Below, piece after piece: positions 51,751 to 60,138 of a DNA stretch of 64,000 nucleotides. Every line of letters begins with the position of its first letter. Positions within the stretch are counted from its first letter, which is position 1. Location of the stretch: contig JBAZJH010000001.1 in assembly GCA_041651415.1 (NCBI GenBank), forward strand, positions 151,713 to 215,712, given 5' to 3'. Both the position numbers and the translations under genes were made by a program. Below the pieces are notes generated by a model. The model was not told the DNA's origin. It worked only from the letters and a program-made list of their open reading frames with translations, and did not search any database. The stretch comes from Minisyncoccota bacterium (GTDB lineage Bacteria > Patescibacteriota > Minisyncoccia > UBA6257 > XYB1-36-10).

Positions 51751-52983
51751 ATGACCAGCAGATTTTTGGCTTTCGGATTTTTAACGCTCATGGCCGGAGC
51801 TTTTTTTGTTTTTGGAGGAAAAACAATCGATATAGACCCGAATGAAGAAAAAAACATAGGAGCGGAACTTGAGGCAATAAAAGAAGAAAGACCGGATGGG
51901 GATATTGAGAATCAAAAGCCGCTTGCCAGTGTTCCGGAAGATATCAAAGCTTTATACGCGACAAGTTATGCCGCCGGAACACCGTCTTTAATGGATGAAA
52001 TAATCAAAACGGCAGAGAAGACAGAAATAAACGCGATTGTGATAGATTTAAAAGATTATTCCGGATATCTTGGATATAACACCGATTTGGAAAAGCCGAA
52101 AGAATATCTGGCGGTGGAACTTAGAATAAAATATTTGAATAAATTAATAAAAGAGCTGCACGATAAAAATATTTATCTGATTGCGAGAATAGCGGTGTTT
52201 CAAGACCCGAGACTCGCAAAGGCCCGGCCGGATTTGGCGGTAAAAAATAAAGAGGGAGAGGTTTGGAAAGACAGAAAAGGACTCACTTGGGTTGACCCGA
52301 ATTCCAAAGAAGCTTGGGATTATAACGCATCCATTGCGGAAGAAGCTTTTAACCGCGGATTTGACGAAGTGAATTTCGATTACATCAGATTTCCTTCGGA
52401 CGGAAACGGCGTCAGCGGGCTCGTTTATCCTTTTTGGAATAAAAACGAAGAAGAAAAGCGGACAGTGATGAAAAATTTTTTCAGATTTTTGAAAGAAAAA
52501 TTTCCGGAACGTCCGATATCCGGAGATGTTTTCGGACAAACAACGGTGGATAAAGAAGATTTAGGCATCGGGCAGGTTTTGGAAGACGCTTACGATTATT
52601 TTGATTATGTGGCGCCGATGATTTATCCATCTCATTTTGAAAACGGATTTATCGGTTATAAAAATCCGGCGGAATATCCGGAGGAAGTGATAAAATATTC
52701 GCTTCAAGAAGCGGTGAAAAGAATCGAGGAGCACGAACTTTTAAGGCAAAGAGACGCCAGAAATTCAACTACGACGCCGGAAATGCTTTTAGACGAGGAA
52801 AAGAAAGTGGTCCGAAAAAAAATAAGGCCATGGTTGCAGGATTTTGATTTAGGCGCCGTTTACACGCCGGAGATGATTAGAAAAGAAATAACAGGCGTAA
52901 AGGAAGCGGGACTTATTGATTCTTGGATGATTTGGAATCCGAAAAATGTTTATAAAAAAGAAACTTTTTTGAGTGAGAATTAG
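51751..52983 (+). CDS. Putative glycoside hydrolase, GHL10/DUF4015-type TIM barrel, membrane-anchored
   Basis: NAIVIDLKDYSGY, ARIAVFQD, and GFDEVNFDYIRFP motifs resemble the glycosyl-hydrolase-like 10 family. Confidence 0.5.
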   Translation: MTSRFLAFGFLTLMAGAFFVFGGKTIDIDPNEEKNIGAELEAIKEERPDGDIENQKPLASVPEDIKALYATSYAAGTPSLMDEIIKTAEKTEINAIVIDLKDYSGYLGYNTDLEKPKEYLAVELRIKYLNKLIKELHDKNIYLIARIAVFQDPRLAKARPDLAVKNKEGEVWKDRKGLTWVDPNSKEAWDYNASIAEEAFNRGFDEVNFDYIRFPSDGNGVSGLVYPFWNKNEEEKRTVMKNFFRFLKEKFPERPISGDVFGQTTVDKEDLGIGQVLEDAYDYFDYVAPMIYPSHFENGFIGYKNPAEYPEEVIKYSLQEAVKRIEEHELLRQRDARNSTTTPEMLLDEEKKVVRKKIRPWLQDFDLGAVYTPEMIRKEITGVKEAGLIDSWMIWNPKNVYKKETFLSEN

Positions 52984-53020
52984 GGCTTTTGTTTTTTAAA
53001 AAAATCGGTATAATAATGGG

Positions 53021-53058
53021 AAATTAAATAGATTCCAGTTCAAGCCTGGAATGACAAA
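53021..53058 (+). promoter_or_regulatory. Conserved 5'-leader hairpin, family B copy 1 (TTAAATAGATTCCAG-ttcaagc-CTGGAATGACAA), 9 nt upstream of the ppiB ATG; TATAAT at 53009-53014
   Basis: Same flanks as 58226-58260. Confidence 0.55.
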
Positions 53059-53061
53059 AAA

Positions 53062-53703
53062 ATGATTAAAAAAATAGCAGTTTTCGTTGTAACTTTTGCG
53101 TTTCTCGGAGGCGCAATCTGGTTTGTTAATAACAATCCGGACATTATATTTAAAAACACCAAAATGAAGGAAAGAATCGTTAAAAATTTAAGTTTTGAGA
53201 AAGAGCCGGAGATGAAAATAGACGCCGCCAAAAAATACACGGCGGAAATGGAAACTTCGGAAGGAACGATGAAGTTTGAGCTTTTTGCAAGCGAGACGCC
53301 GAAAACAGTAAACAGTTTTGTATTTCTCGCGAGGGAAGGATTTTATGAAAATACTTTTTTTCACAGGATAATTAAAGGATTTATGATCCAAGGCGGAGAC
53401 CCGAAAGGGGACGGGACAGGAGGGCCGGGATATTCTTTTTCCGATGAACCGGTAAAAAGAGATTATGAAAAAGGAGTAATTGCTATGGCTAACGCCGGAG
53501 CCAACACAAACGGAAGCCAGTTTTTTATAATGGACGAAAAAGTAAGTTTGCAGAAAGATTACACGATATTCGGAAAATTAATCGAAGGGGAAGATGTTTT
53601 AGATAAAATTGCCGAAACGCCGGTTATTGATAATGGATTCGGAGAAGTTTCCAAGCCAACCAAGAAAGTTTATGTTGAGAGCGTTAAAATAATTGAAGAA
53701 TAA
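53062..53703 (+). CDS. ppiB: Peptidyl-prolyl cis-trans isomerase, cyclophilin type
   Basis: FHRIIKGFMIQGGDP, the GYSFSDE region, and MANAGANTNGSQFFI. Confidence 0.85.
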   Translation: MIKKIAVFVVTFAFLGGAIWFVNNNPDIIFKNTKMKERIVKNLSFEKEPEMKIDAAKKYTAEMETSEGTMKFELFASETPKTVNSFVFLAREGFYENTFFHRIIKGFMIQGGDPKGDGTGGPGYSFSDEPVKRDYEKGVIAMANAGANTNGSQFFIMDEKVSLQKDYTIFGKLIEGEDVLDKIAETPVIDNGFGEVSKPTKKVYVESVKIIEE

Positions 53704-53780
53704 AATAATAACTTGACTTTTTTGTAGATTTAGTTTATACTTTTACAAGAAGTAAAAATAAAACAAAGGAGGGCAAAATA

Positions 53781-54017
53781 GTGCTTGAACAATCTATAAA
53801 GTATCAGAGAATAAAAGTTGTGGCTGGATCGGCTGTCGGTGTTGTCGAAAATCCAGACAACCCCATAAAAATAAGTTCTTCATCTGTTGTGGAAGACCAG
53901 GATTTAAATAATCATCTTAACAGAGGGTGGGAACTGATTCAGATTATTACACACCATTCTGCTAAACATGATTGCACAGCCACAGCTTTTGTTATTGGCT
54001 TTCCTATTCGTAAATGA
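53781..54017 (+). CDS. Hypothetical small protein (GTG start, AAGGAGGG RBS)
   Basis: 78-aa ORF with a strong SD 8 nt upstream. Terminator-like hairpin downstream at about 54100-54140. Confidence 0.45.
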   Translation: MLEQSIKYQRIKVVAGSAVGVVENPDNPIKISSSSVVEDQDLNNHLNRGWELIQIITHHSAKHDCTATAFVIGFPIRK

Positions 54018-54155
54018 TTCCCGGTTTACGAAGATTATTGATAGCAGGGATAGCTTAAAAGATTTTTGCGTCAGAATCTTTTAAGTGACCAATATGGCGC
54101 GCTCCCTCTCAAAGCTTTTAAAGCAATGAGGGGGATTTTTATTTTAAAACAATAA

Positions 54156-54285
54156 GGAAACTCCACGGCCGCAAGGCCGTGGAGTTTCCAAGTTTCACCC
54201 CGCCTATGGCGGGGTTTATTAAATCTTTGCCGCTTCAACCCCCGCGCGTTAGCGCGGGGGTTTCGCGGAGATTTAATAAAAAAGG
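54156..54285 (+). repeat. REP/BIME-like mosaic element, copy 4 (most complete: GGAAACTCCACGGCC-gcaa-GGCCGTGGAGTTTCC + GTTTCACCCCGCC-tatg-GCGGGGTT + TATTAAATCTTTGCCGC + CCCCCGCGC-gtta-GCGCGGGGG + TTTCGCGGAGATTTAATAAAAAA)
   Basis: Three nested perfect hairpins, read directly. Followed by GGTATAAT (a -10-like box) and the start of the 54300 ORF. Confidence 0.8.
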
Positions 54286-54299
54286 TATAATAAGGCGTA

Positions 54300-54641
54300 A
54301 TGTTTGCCTCAAAACCGAAAGATGACGGAAGATATATGTGGACAAACCATATAGCTTTAAAAATGGCGCATTATCGGATTTCGCCGAGTTTAGTGAAAAG
54401 AATCGTCAGATTTCCGGAAAGAGTGGAGGAGGGAATAGCAGAAGACACGGTGGCGGCGATGAAACAAACAGATTCCAAGAAACGGGAAGAAATTTGGACG
54501 ATGTATCAGCTTTTTAAAGGAGAAACCGGCAGAGCGAAACCAAAAATAAAATTGATAACCGCCTGGCGATATCCGGGAAAAAGTCCGAAAAGAGACCCGA
54601 TTCCCAAAGAAATTATGGATGAGGTGAGAAATATATTATAA
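54300..54641 (+). CDS. Hypothetical protein (possibly DUF4258-like)
   Basis: 113-aa ORF. Only a weak pattern resemblance (WTNHIALKMAHYRISPSLVKRIV). Confidence 0.4.
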   Translation: MFASKPKDDGRYMWTNHIALKMAHYRISPSLVKRIVRFPERVEEGIAEDTVAAMKQTDSKKREEIWTMYQLFKGETGRAKPKIKLITAWRYPGKSPKRDPIPKEIMDEVRNIL

Positions 54642-54685
54642 GTTAAAAGTTTTTAAAGTTTATAAAGCAAAATACTTAAAAAAGA

Positions 54686-54753
54686 AAAATTGGCTATTCC
54701 GACACAAGGTCGGAACAATTAAAAAAATGATATCTCCGACCAAAGTCGGAGCG
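54686..54753 (+). promoter_or_regulatory. Upstream hairpin family A, copy 2 (AAAAATTGGCTATTCCGAC-acaag-GTCGGAACAATTAAAAAAATG) plus a second hairpin ATCTCCGAC-caaa-GTCGGAGCGCC; upstream of scpA
   Basis: Seen directly. Related to 40930-40985 and 58181-58225. Confidence 0.55.
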
Positions 54754-54775
54754 CCAAGCGAAATTTATAAAAAAC

Positions 54776-55486
54776 ATGTACGAGGTAAAGACAAATAATT
54801 TTTCCGGGGCGATGGAAAAGCTTCTGGAACTTATCGAGGAGAAGAAAATGGATATAACGACCGTTAATTTGTCGGAAGTAACCGGAGATTTTTTGGCGCA
54901 TCTCTCCAGATTAAAAAAATTGGAAGACGGCGGAGAAAACATTGAACGGCTGATAGCGGATTTTATCGTGGTGGCGGCCAGACTGATTCTCTTAAAATCA
55001 AAGACACTTTTGCCGGAATTAAAGTTTTCCGAAGAAGATGAGGCGGAAGTAAAAGATTTTGAGCTCCGATTAAAAATTTATAAAGAAATGCGGGAGGCCT
55101 CAAAACTTTTTTTAGGTTTATGGCAAAGAAAAGAAAGAGGATTCGCCCGCGAACTTTTTTTGGACCGGCCGGCAATTTTTCATCCTTCAGGACAATTAAA
55201 AAAAGAAGAATTGTTTTCTATCCTTAAACAAGTGGTAGAAGGCATAAAAAGCGAGATAAAAGAAGAAAAACAGGAAAGAAAAAAGATGGTGACGGTGGAA
55301 GAAAAAATGACGGAAATGCTTTTAAAGGTAAAAGAAGGATTGGTGTCTTTTTTGAAAATCTCAAAAGGCAGGGGAAAGAGCGAAGTAGTAGCGCTATTTC
55401 TGGCAATTTTGCATTTAATCAGAGACCATCTTATTACGGCGGAACAGGAAGATAATTTTTCAGATGTTATAATAAAAAAGAGTTAA
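54776..55486 (+). CDS. scpA: Segregation and condensation protein A (kleisin)
   Basis: LLELIEEKKMDITTVNLSEVTGDFLAHL N-terminus. Followed by scpB. Confidence 0.8.
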   Translation: MYEVKTNNFSGAMEKLLELIEEKKMDITTVNLSEVTGDFLAHLSRLKKLEDGGENIERLIADFIVVAARLILLKSKTLLPELKFSEEDEAEVKDFELRLKIYKEMREASKLFLGLWQRKERGFARELFLDRPAIFHPSGQLKKEELFSILKQVVEGIKSEIKEEKQERKKMVTVEEKMTEMLLKVKEGLVSFLKISKGRGKSEVVALFLAILHLIRDHLITAEQEDNFSDVIIKKS

Positions 55487-55488
55487 AT

Positions 55489-56049
55489 ATGGAAAAGAAA
55501 AATCTAGAAGCAATTATAGAAGGAATTTTATTCGCTCACGGAGAAGCGGTAAGTTTGGAGAAAATTGCCAAGACCGTAAAAAAAGATGAAGCGGAAATAA
55601 AAAATGCTTTAAAAAATCTGGAAGAGAAATATAAAAGCGAGGGAAGCGGAATCGCGCTTGTTTATCAAAAAGACAAGGTAAAATTAATCAGCGCGCCGGA
55701 AGTGGGAAGCTATATTGAAAAAATGATCAAGGAAGATTTTGACGAAAATCTGACTCCGGCGACTTTAGAAACCTTAACTATCGCCATTTATCTTGCTCCG
55801 GTTTCAAGAGCGGAAATAGATTTTATTAGAGGCGTGAATTCCGGTTTTATGTTAAGAGCGCTTTTAATGAGAGGGCTCTTGGAAAGAAAACCCGACCCGA
55901 AACGCCCGTATATTTATTTATATGAACCGACTTTCAACCTGCTTCAATATCTCGGCGTCAAAAAAATGGAAGATTTGCCGGAATACGAGAAATACCATAA
56001 TATTTTAAAATCACACGAAGAGAGCGGAGAGAAACAGGCAAGTTTATAA
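55489..56049 (+). CDS. scpB: Segregation and condensation protein B
   Basis: EAIIEGILFAHGEAVSLEKIAK and tandem winged-helix domains. Confidence 0.8.
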   Translation: MEKKNLEAIIEGILFAHGEAVSLEKIAKTVKKDEAEIKNALKNLEEKYKSEGSGIALVYQKDKVKLISAPEVGSYIEKMIKEDFDENLTPATLETLTIAIYLAPVSRAEIDFIRGVNSGFMLRALLMRGLLERKPDPKRPYIYLYEPTFNLLQYLGVKKMEDLPEYEKYHNILKSHEESGEKQASL

Positions 56050-56068
56050 TTTTAAATCTGAAAGGAAA

Positions 56069-57079
56069 ATGAAAGATAATTATCTAAGCATCGTTTTTGT
56101 GGCAGTGATGATAGGGGTAACCTTTTTCAACCAAAAATACAATAAAGAAGAAACAGTCAGAGTGATAAAAAACGTTCCGAAAACGGAGAAGCAGGCCAGC
56201 GTTATCGCTTTAGCCGATTTAAAGCCGGCAAATTTTTCCGGACTGGTTTTAAAAACAGAAGAGATAGAAAAAAAGATAGAAGAGGAAGTGATAAAAAAAG
56301 CGGGAGAAATCAGTTTTTTAGAAGGAAAAAAAACAGAAGAGGAAAAAAACAAACCGAAAATCCCTGATTTTGAAGTGATGGCTAAAGTGGCGGCGATTTA
56401 CGACCTTACGGCAAAAAAAGAAATTTTTTCTAAAAATCCGGAAATGATTTGGCCTCTGGCCTCAATCACAAAAATAATGACGGCTGTCGTGGCAGCGGAA
56501 GAAATGGGTTTTGAAGCGCCGATTAAGATTTCGAAAGAAGCTTTAGAAACAGAAGAGATGGCCGGCAATTTTAATCCGGAAGAAGAGTTTGTTCTGCGGG
56601 ATATGATAATGTCTTTATTTTTAGTTTCTTCGAATGACGGAGCGGAAGCCATTGCGGAAAATTACGGATGGGAAAGTTTTATTGGAAAATTAAACGAGAA
56701 AGCGGCGGAAATCGGCATGGAAAAAACTTTTTACAAAGAACCGGCGGGACTTTCGCCGGAGAACACGACAAGCGCCGGAGATTTAGAAAAATTAATGGCC
56801 TATGTTTATCAAGAAAAGCCGGAACTTTTATTTTTCAGCCGGCAGAAAGAAACTGAGATAACCGATATAAAGTTTGGGAATAAGAAAACTTATAAAAGCA
56901 TAAATGAATTTGCAGGAGAAGCTAATTTTATCGGAGGGAAAACAGGCTACACGGAAGCCGCCAGAGGAAATCTTGTTTCGATTTTTTCCAAAAACGGCCA
57001 CGCAATTCTAATTATAGTTCTTGGCACGGAAGACCGATTTTCCGAAACCAGAAAACTTCTTGAGTGGACAGAGATTTAG
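56069..57079 (+). CDS. D-alanyl-D-alanine carboxypeptidase (peptidase S11, PBP5-like)
   Basis: SxxK (ASITKIMT), SxN (SSND), and KTG (GGKTGYT) motifs. N-terminal TM anchor. Confidence 0.75.
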   Translation: MKDNYLSIVFVAVMIGVTFFNQKYNKEETVRVIKNVPKTEKQASVIALADLKPANFSGLVLKTEEIEKKIEEEVIKKAGEISFLEGKKTEEEKNKPKIPDFEVMAKVAAIYDLTAKKEIFSKNPEMIWPLASITKIMTAVVAAEEMGFEAPIKISKEALETEEMAGNFNPEEEFVLRDMIMSLFLVSSNDGAEAIAENYGWESFIGKLNEKAAEIGMEKTFYKEPAGLSPENTTSAGDLEKLMAYVYQEKPELLFFSRQKETEITDIKFGNKKTYKSINEFAGEANFIGGKTGYTEAARGNLVSIFSKNGHAILIIVLGTEDRFSETRKLLEWTEI

Positions 57080-57099
57080 GTTTATTATAAAGAACAATA

Positions 57100-58173
57100 A
57101 TGATAACTTCAGAAATAATAGCTTTTAGCCCATTCATTCAGGCAATAAGAGTTTTAAGTTCGGCATCGATATCATTTTTAATAGCGCTTCTTTTGACGCC
57201 GATTGTAATGAGAGGGCTGGAAAAATTTTCCATCAGAAAGCAGATAAGAACATCGGAGGAGGCGCCGATATTTTCCAATCTGCACAAGAAAAAGGAAGGA
57301 ACGCCGACGATGGGCGGAGTGATTATTTGGGGAACAGCGATTCTTATTGCCGGGTTCTTCAGAATGATGGATATATTTTTTGACGGAATCTGGACGCAGT
57401 TTAATTTTATAAACCGAGCAGAAACATATTTGCCGATAGCGGCAATGCTGATTGCGGCTTTAGTCGGATTAACCGATGATATTTTCGGAATTTTAAAAAT
57501 CGGGGGAACAAAAAGCGGGGGATTAAAAGTAAGAAATAAATTGATACTTTACACAGCCATCGCGCTTCTTGGCGCCTGGTGGTTTTATTATCGCCTGGGC
57601 TGGGATGTGCTTTTTATCCCGTTTTTGGGGTATATCAACATCGGAATATGGTATCTGCCGCTTTTCATTTTTGTGATTGTGGCTTCGGCGTTTTCCGCTA
57701 ATGAAACGGACGGACTCGACGGACTGCTCGGCGGAGTTTCTCTTTTTACTTTTTGCGCTTTATGCGCGGTGGCTTTCGCGCTCGGGAGATATGACCTCGC
57801 GGCATTTTCGGGAGTAATAATCGGAGCGCTTCTCGCTTTTCTTTGGTTTAATATCTATCCGGCCAAATTTTTTATGGGAGACACAGGGTCAATGGCTTTA
57901 GGCATCACTATCGGCGTAATAGCAATGCTCACCAACACCGCTCTCCTCTTGCCGTTTTTCGCTTTTATTTTTGTGGTGGAATCTCTTTCGGTAATAATTC
58001 AGATGTCCAGCAAAAAAATATTTAAAAGAAAGATATTTCTTTCCACGCCGATTCACCATCATTTTGAAGCCAAAGGCTGGCACGAAACAACAGTGACAAT
58101 GCGGTTTTGGATTGTGGCGGCTATTTTAAACGTAGTCGGAGTAGTAATCTTTTTCTTAAGCAGAATATTTTAG
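57100..58173 (+). CDS. mraY: Phospho-N-acetylmuramoyl-pentapeptide transferase MraY
   Basis: PTMGG, DDIFGILKIGG, DGLDGL, GDTGSMALG, and HHHFE motifs. 10 TM helices. Confidence 0.85.
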   Translation: MITSEIIAFSPFIQAIRVLSSASISFLIALLLTPIVMRGLEKFSIRKQIRTSEEAPIFSNLHKKKEGTPTMGGVIIWGTAILIAGFFRMMDIFFDGIWTQFNFINRAETYLPIAAMLIAALVGLTDDIFGILKIGGTKSGGLKVRNKLILYTAIALLGAWWFYYRLGWDVLFIPFLGYINIGIWYLPLFIFVIVASAFSANETDGLDGLLGGVSLFTFCALCAVAFALGRYDLAAFSGVIIGALLAFLWFNIYPAKFFMGDTGSMALGITIGVIAMLTNTALLLPFFAFIFVVESLSVIIQMSSKKIFKRKIFLSTPIHHHFEAKGWHETTVTMRFWIVAAILNVVGVVIFFLSRIF

Positions 58174-58180
58174 ATAATAG

Positions 58181-58260
58181 TTGTTCCGACTTACGTCGGA
58201 ATACTCAAATTTAAAATAAATTTTATTAAATAGATTCCTGCCTACGCAGGAATGACAAGA
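58181..58260 (+). promoter_or_regulatory. Family A hairpin copy 3 (GTTGTTCCGAC-ttac-GTCGGAATACTCAAATTTAAAATAAAT) immediately followed by family B hairpin copy 2 (TTAAATAGATTCCTGC-ctac-GCAGGAATGACAA), 14 nt upstream of the 58271 ATG
   Basis: Seen directly. The two families are juxtaposed here. Confidence 0.6.
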
Positions 58261-58270
58261 GAAAATTGGC

Positions 58271-59086
58271 ATGAAAAAAATAAAAATAACAAAAGCAAAC
58301 GGAGAACAGGATTATTTTTCGGCGGAAAAATTTTTAAACTCGCTTCTTAAGTCCGGGGCTTCCAGGGAAATAGCGGGAGACATTTTAAAAAAAATAGAAG
58401 GGGAATTAAGAGAGGGAATGACAACGGGAGAAATATATAAAAAAGCTTTCAGCGAGTTAAAAAGAGAACATCGGCCGGCAGCGGCGCGCTATAGCTTAAA
58501 GCAAGCTCTGATGGAACTCGGTCCGACCGGTTATCCTTTTGAACAAATAATCGGCAGAATCTTGGAAAAAGAAGGTTATAAAGTGAGTTTTCCGGATAGC
58601 GTTCAAGGAAGATGCATCAGCCACGAAGTGGACGTGGTGGCGGAAAAAGGAAAGGAAAAAATAATGGCAGAAGTTAAATTTCATAATCAGGCGGGGTTTC
58701 GAACGGACGCCAAAACAGCGATGTACGTGCGGGGAAGATTTGAGGATTTATCTTTTATAAAAGAAAACGGCTTTAGCCGCGGCTGGCTTGTCACTAACAC
58801 TAAATTTTCAAAAGACGCGATAGATTACGCCAACTGCGCCGGAATTAAAGCGATTGGATGGGATTATCCGAGCGAGCGGGGAATTGAAGAAATGCTTACT
58901 GAATCCAAACTCTTGCCGATAACAGTTTTAATAACTTTAAACAGAGAAGAAAAAAGAAAACTATTGGAAGCGGAAATTGTGGTTTGTTCCGATTTAAAAA
59001 CAAAAGGAAAGGAAGCGAGGGGAATAATCGGAGAAAAGAAATTGATTTCCGCTTTAAGAGAAGCGGAAGAGATAGAAAATAGATAA
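58271..59086 (+). CDS. ATP-cone domain fused to a Mrr-like PD-(D/E)xK restriction endonuclease domain
   Basis: N-terminal IKITKANGEQDYFSAEKFLNSL...IAGDILKKIE (ATP-cone). C-terminal FEQIIGRILEKEGYKV...HEVDVVAE...AEVKFHNQ (D..E.K catalytic triad of the Mrr_cat fold). Confidence 0.65.
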   Translation: MKKIKITKANGEQDYFSAEKFLNSLLKSGASREIAGDILKKIEGELREGMTTGEIYKKAFSELKREHRPAAARYSLKQALMELGPTGYPFEQIIGRILEKEGYKVSFPDSVQGRCISHEVDVVAEKGKEKIMAEVKFHNQAGFRTDAKTAMYVRGRFEDLSFIKENGFSRGWLVTNTKFSKDAIDYANCAGIKAIGWDYPSERGIEEMLTESKLLPITVLITLNREEKRKLLEAEIVVCSDLKTKGKEARGIIGEKKLISALREAEEIENR

Positions 59087-59098
59087 ATCTATTTTATC

Positions 59099-59134
59099 TA
59101 TCCACGTTTGGTACATATGTACCAAACGTGGATA
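59099..59134. repeat. 36-nt perfect palindrome TATCCACGTTTGGTACAT|ATGTACCAAACGTGGATA (core GGTACATATGTACC), preceded by a second hairpin TAGATAAA-tctat-TTTATCTA; between convergent genes
   Basis: Seen directly. The core is shared with 40179-40218. Confidence 0.8.
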
Positions 59135-59194
59135 ATAGTTTATTTTAGTTTTAAAAAAACTCCCTGAAAAGGGAGTTTTAAATTTGATTCGATT

Positions 59195-59908
59195 TTAATC
59201 GACGCAGAATTCTGGGTTAAAAATAATCTCGGAGGAGAAAATGATCTTCAACTCGTAGAGCAAAATGAGCAGTTTTGACAAGGTTGTTTTCTTGTCTTTT
59301 TGGTCTTTTTGCGCTTCTTTGATGAGACTTTGAAAAAGACAAGAAAGAGAATACGTGATTTTTCCCAAGAGCTTATCAAACTCAAGCCAAGTTTCCGAAG
59401 GTAAAGATTCTTCATTATAAAGAATAGAGAAGATAGTCAATTCTCGAAGAATTTGCTGAATATTTTCTTTTCCTTCGTTAAAATTTTGAGAAAGGCGGGT
59501 AAGAAAAATTTCCGGATCTTCTAAATGATTAGGGAAATTAACCACTCCTTTGATGATGATTTTTATTTCAGCTAATCTTTTCGAATCGAGCTTCTTTTCG
59601 TCTTCCAGTTTTTGAAATGCTTTATTAACTGAATCAAGAAAAGAAGAGCTCTTTTCCGGAAAGACAATTATAAACCAGGAAAGTTCAGTGAGAAACGAAT
59701 CTTCATTCCAATCTTCTTCTTTCGGAAATTTATTTAATTTTTTTTCCCATTTTATCCTTGAGAAGGCTTTAATAAAACAAAAATGGGAAATAATTTTTAG
59801 AAGAGCGAGAAAGAAGATCTCTTCGCTTTCAGCGACAAAATCAATGAGTTTTTCCATAATGGAAGGCGGGATTTCAAAAATCGATTCATTAAGAACTAAC
59901 TTTTTCAT
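59195..59908 (-). CDS. Hypothetical protein
   Basis: 237-aa ORF with no motif recognised. Confidence 0.45.
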   Translation of the reverse strand: MKKLVLNESIFEIPPSIMEKLIDFVAESEEIFFLALLKIISHFCFIKAFSRIKWEKKLNKFPKEEDWNEDSFLTELSWFIIVFPEKSSSFLDSVNKAFQKLEDEKKLDSKRLAEIKIIIKGVVNFPNHLEDPEIFLTRLSQNFNEGKENIQQILRELTIFSILYNEESLPSETWLEFDKLLGKITYSLSCLFQSLIKEAQKDQKDKKTTLSKLLILLYELKIIFSSEIIFNPEFCVD

Positions 59909-59987
59909 TGCTTTTCTCCTTTAAGACAAGATTTTTAAGGTGCCGAAAACTGAATATGTTATAAATCCTAACAACTTAAAAGTCAAT

Positions 59988-60094
59988 GAAACTTCACAGC
60001 CTGCGGTTGTTAAGTTTCACCCCGACCAAAGTCGGGGTTTTATTAAATCTTAGCCGCAAAAACCTTGCGCTAACGCGCAATGTTTCTACGGATA
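59988..60094 (+). repeat. REP/BIME-like mosaic element, copy 5 (degenerate first hairpin GAAACTTCACAGCCTGCGGTTGTTAAGTTTC + GTTTCACCCCGACC-aaag-TCGGGGTT + TTATTAAATCTTAGCCGC..GCGCTAACGCGC.. + degenerate tail)
   Basis: Module comparison by eye. Confidence 0.7.
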
Positions 60095-60138
60095 TTTAAT
60101 AAAATGACAGCTTAACAAAGAGGGGTTAAAATAAGGGC

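Noticed and set aside
31520-60094. CRISPR-like appearance of the repeated GTTTCACCCCG...CGGGGTT units
   Set aside because: The copies are 1-14 kb apart, in both orientations, each embedded in a larger mosaic of palindromes. There are no regularly spaced short spacers and no cas genes. They fit a REP/MITE family, not a CRISPR array.
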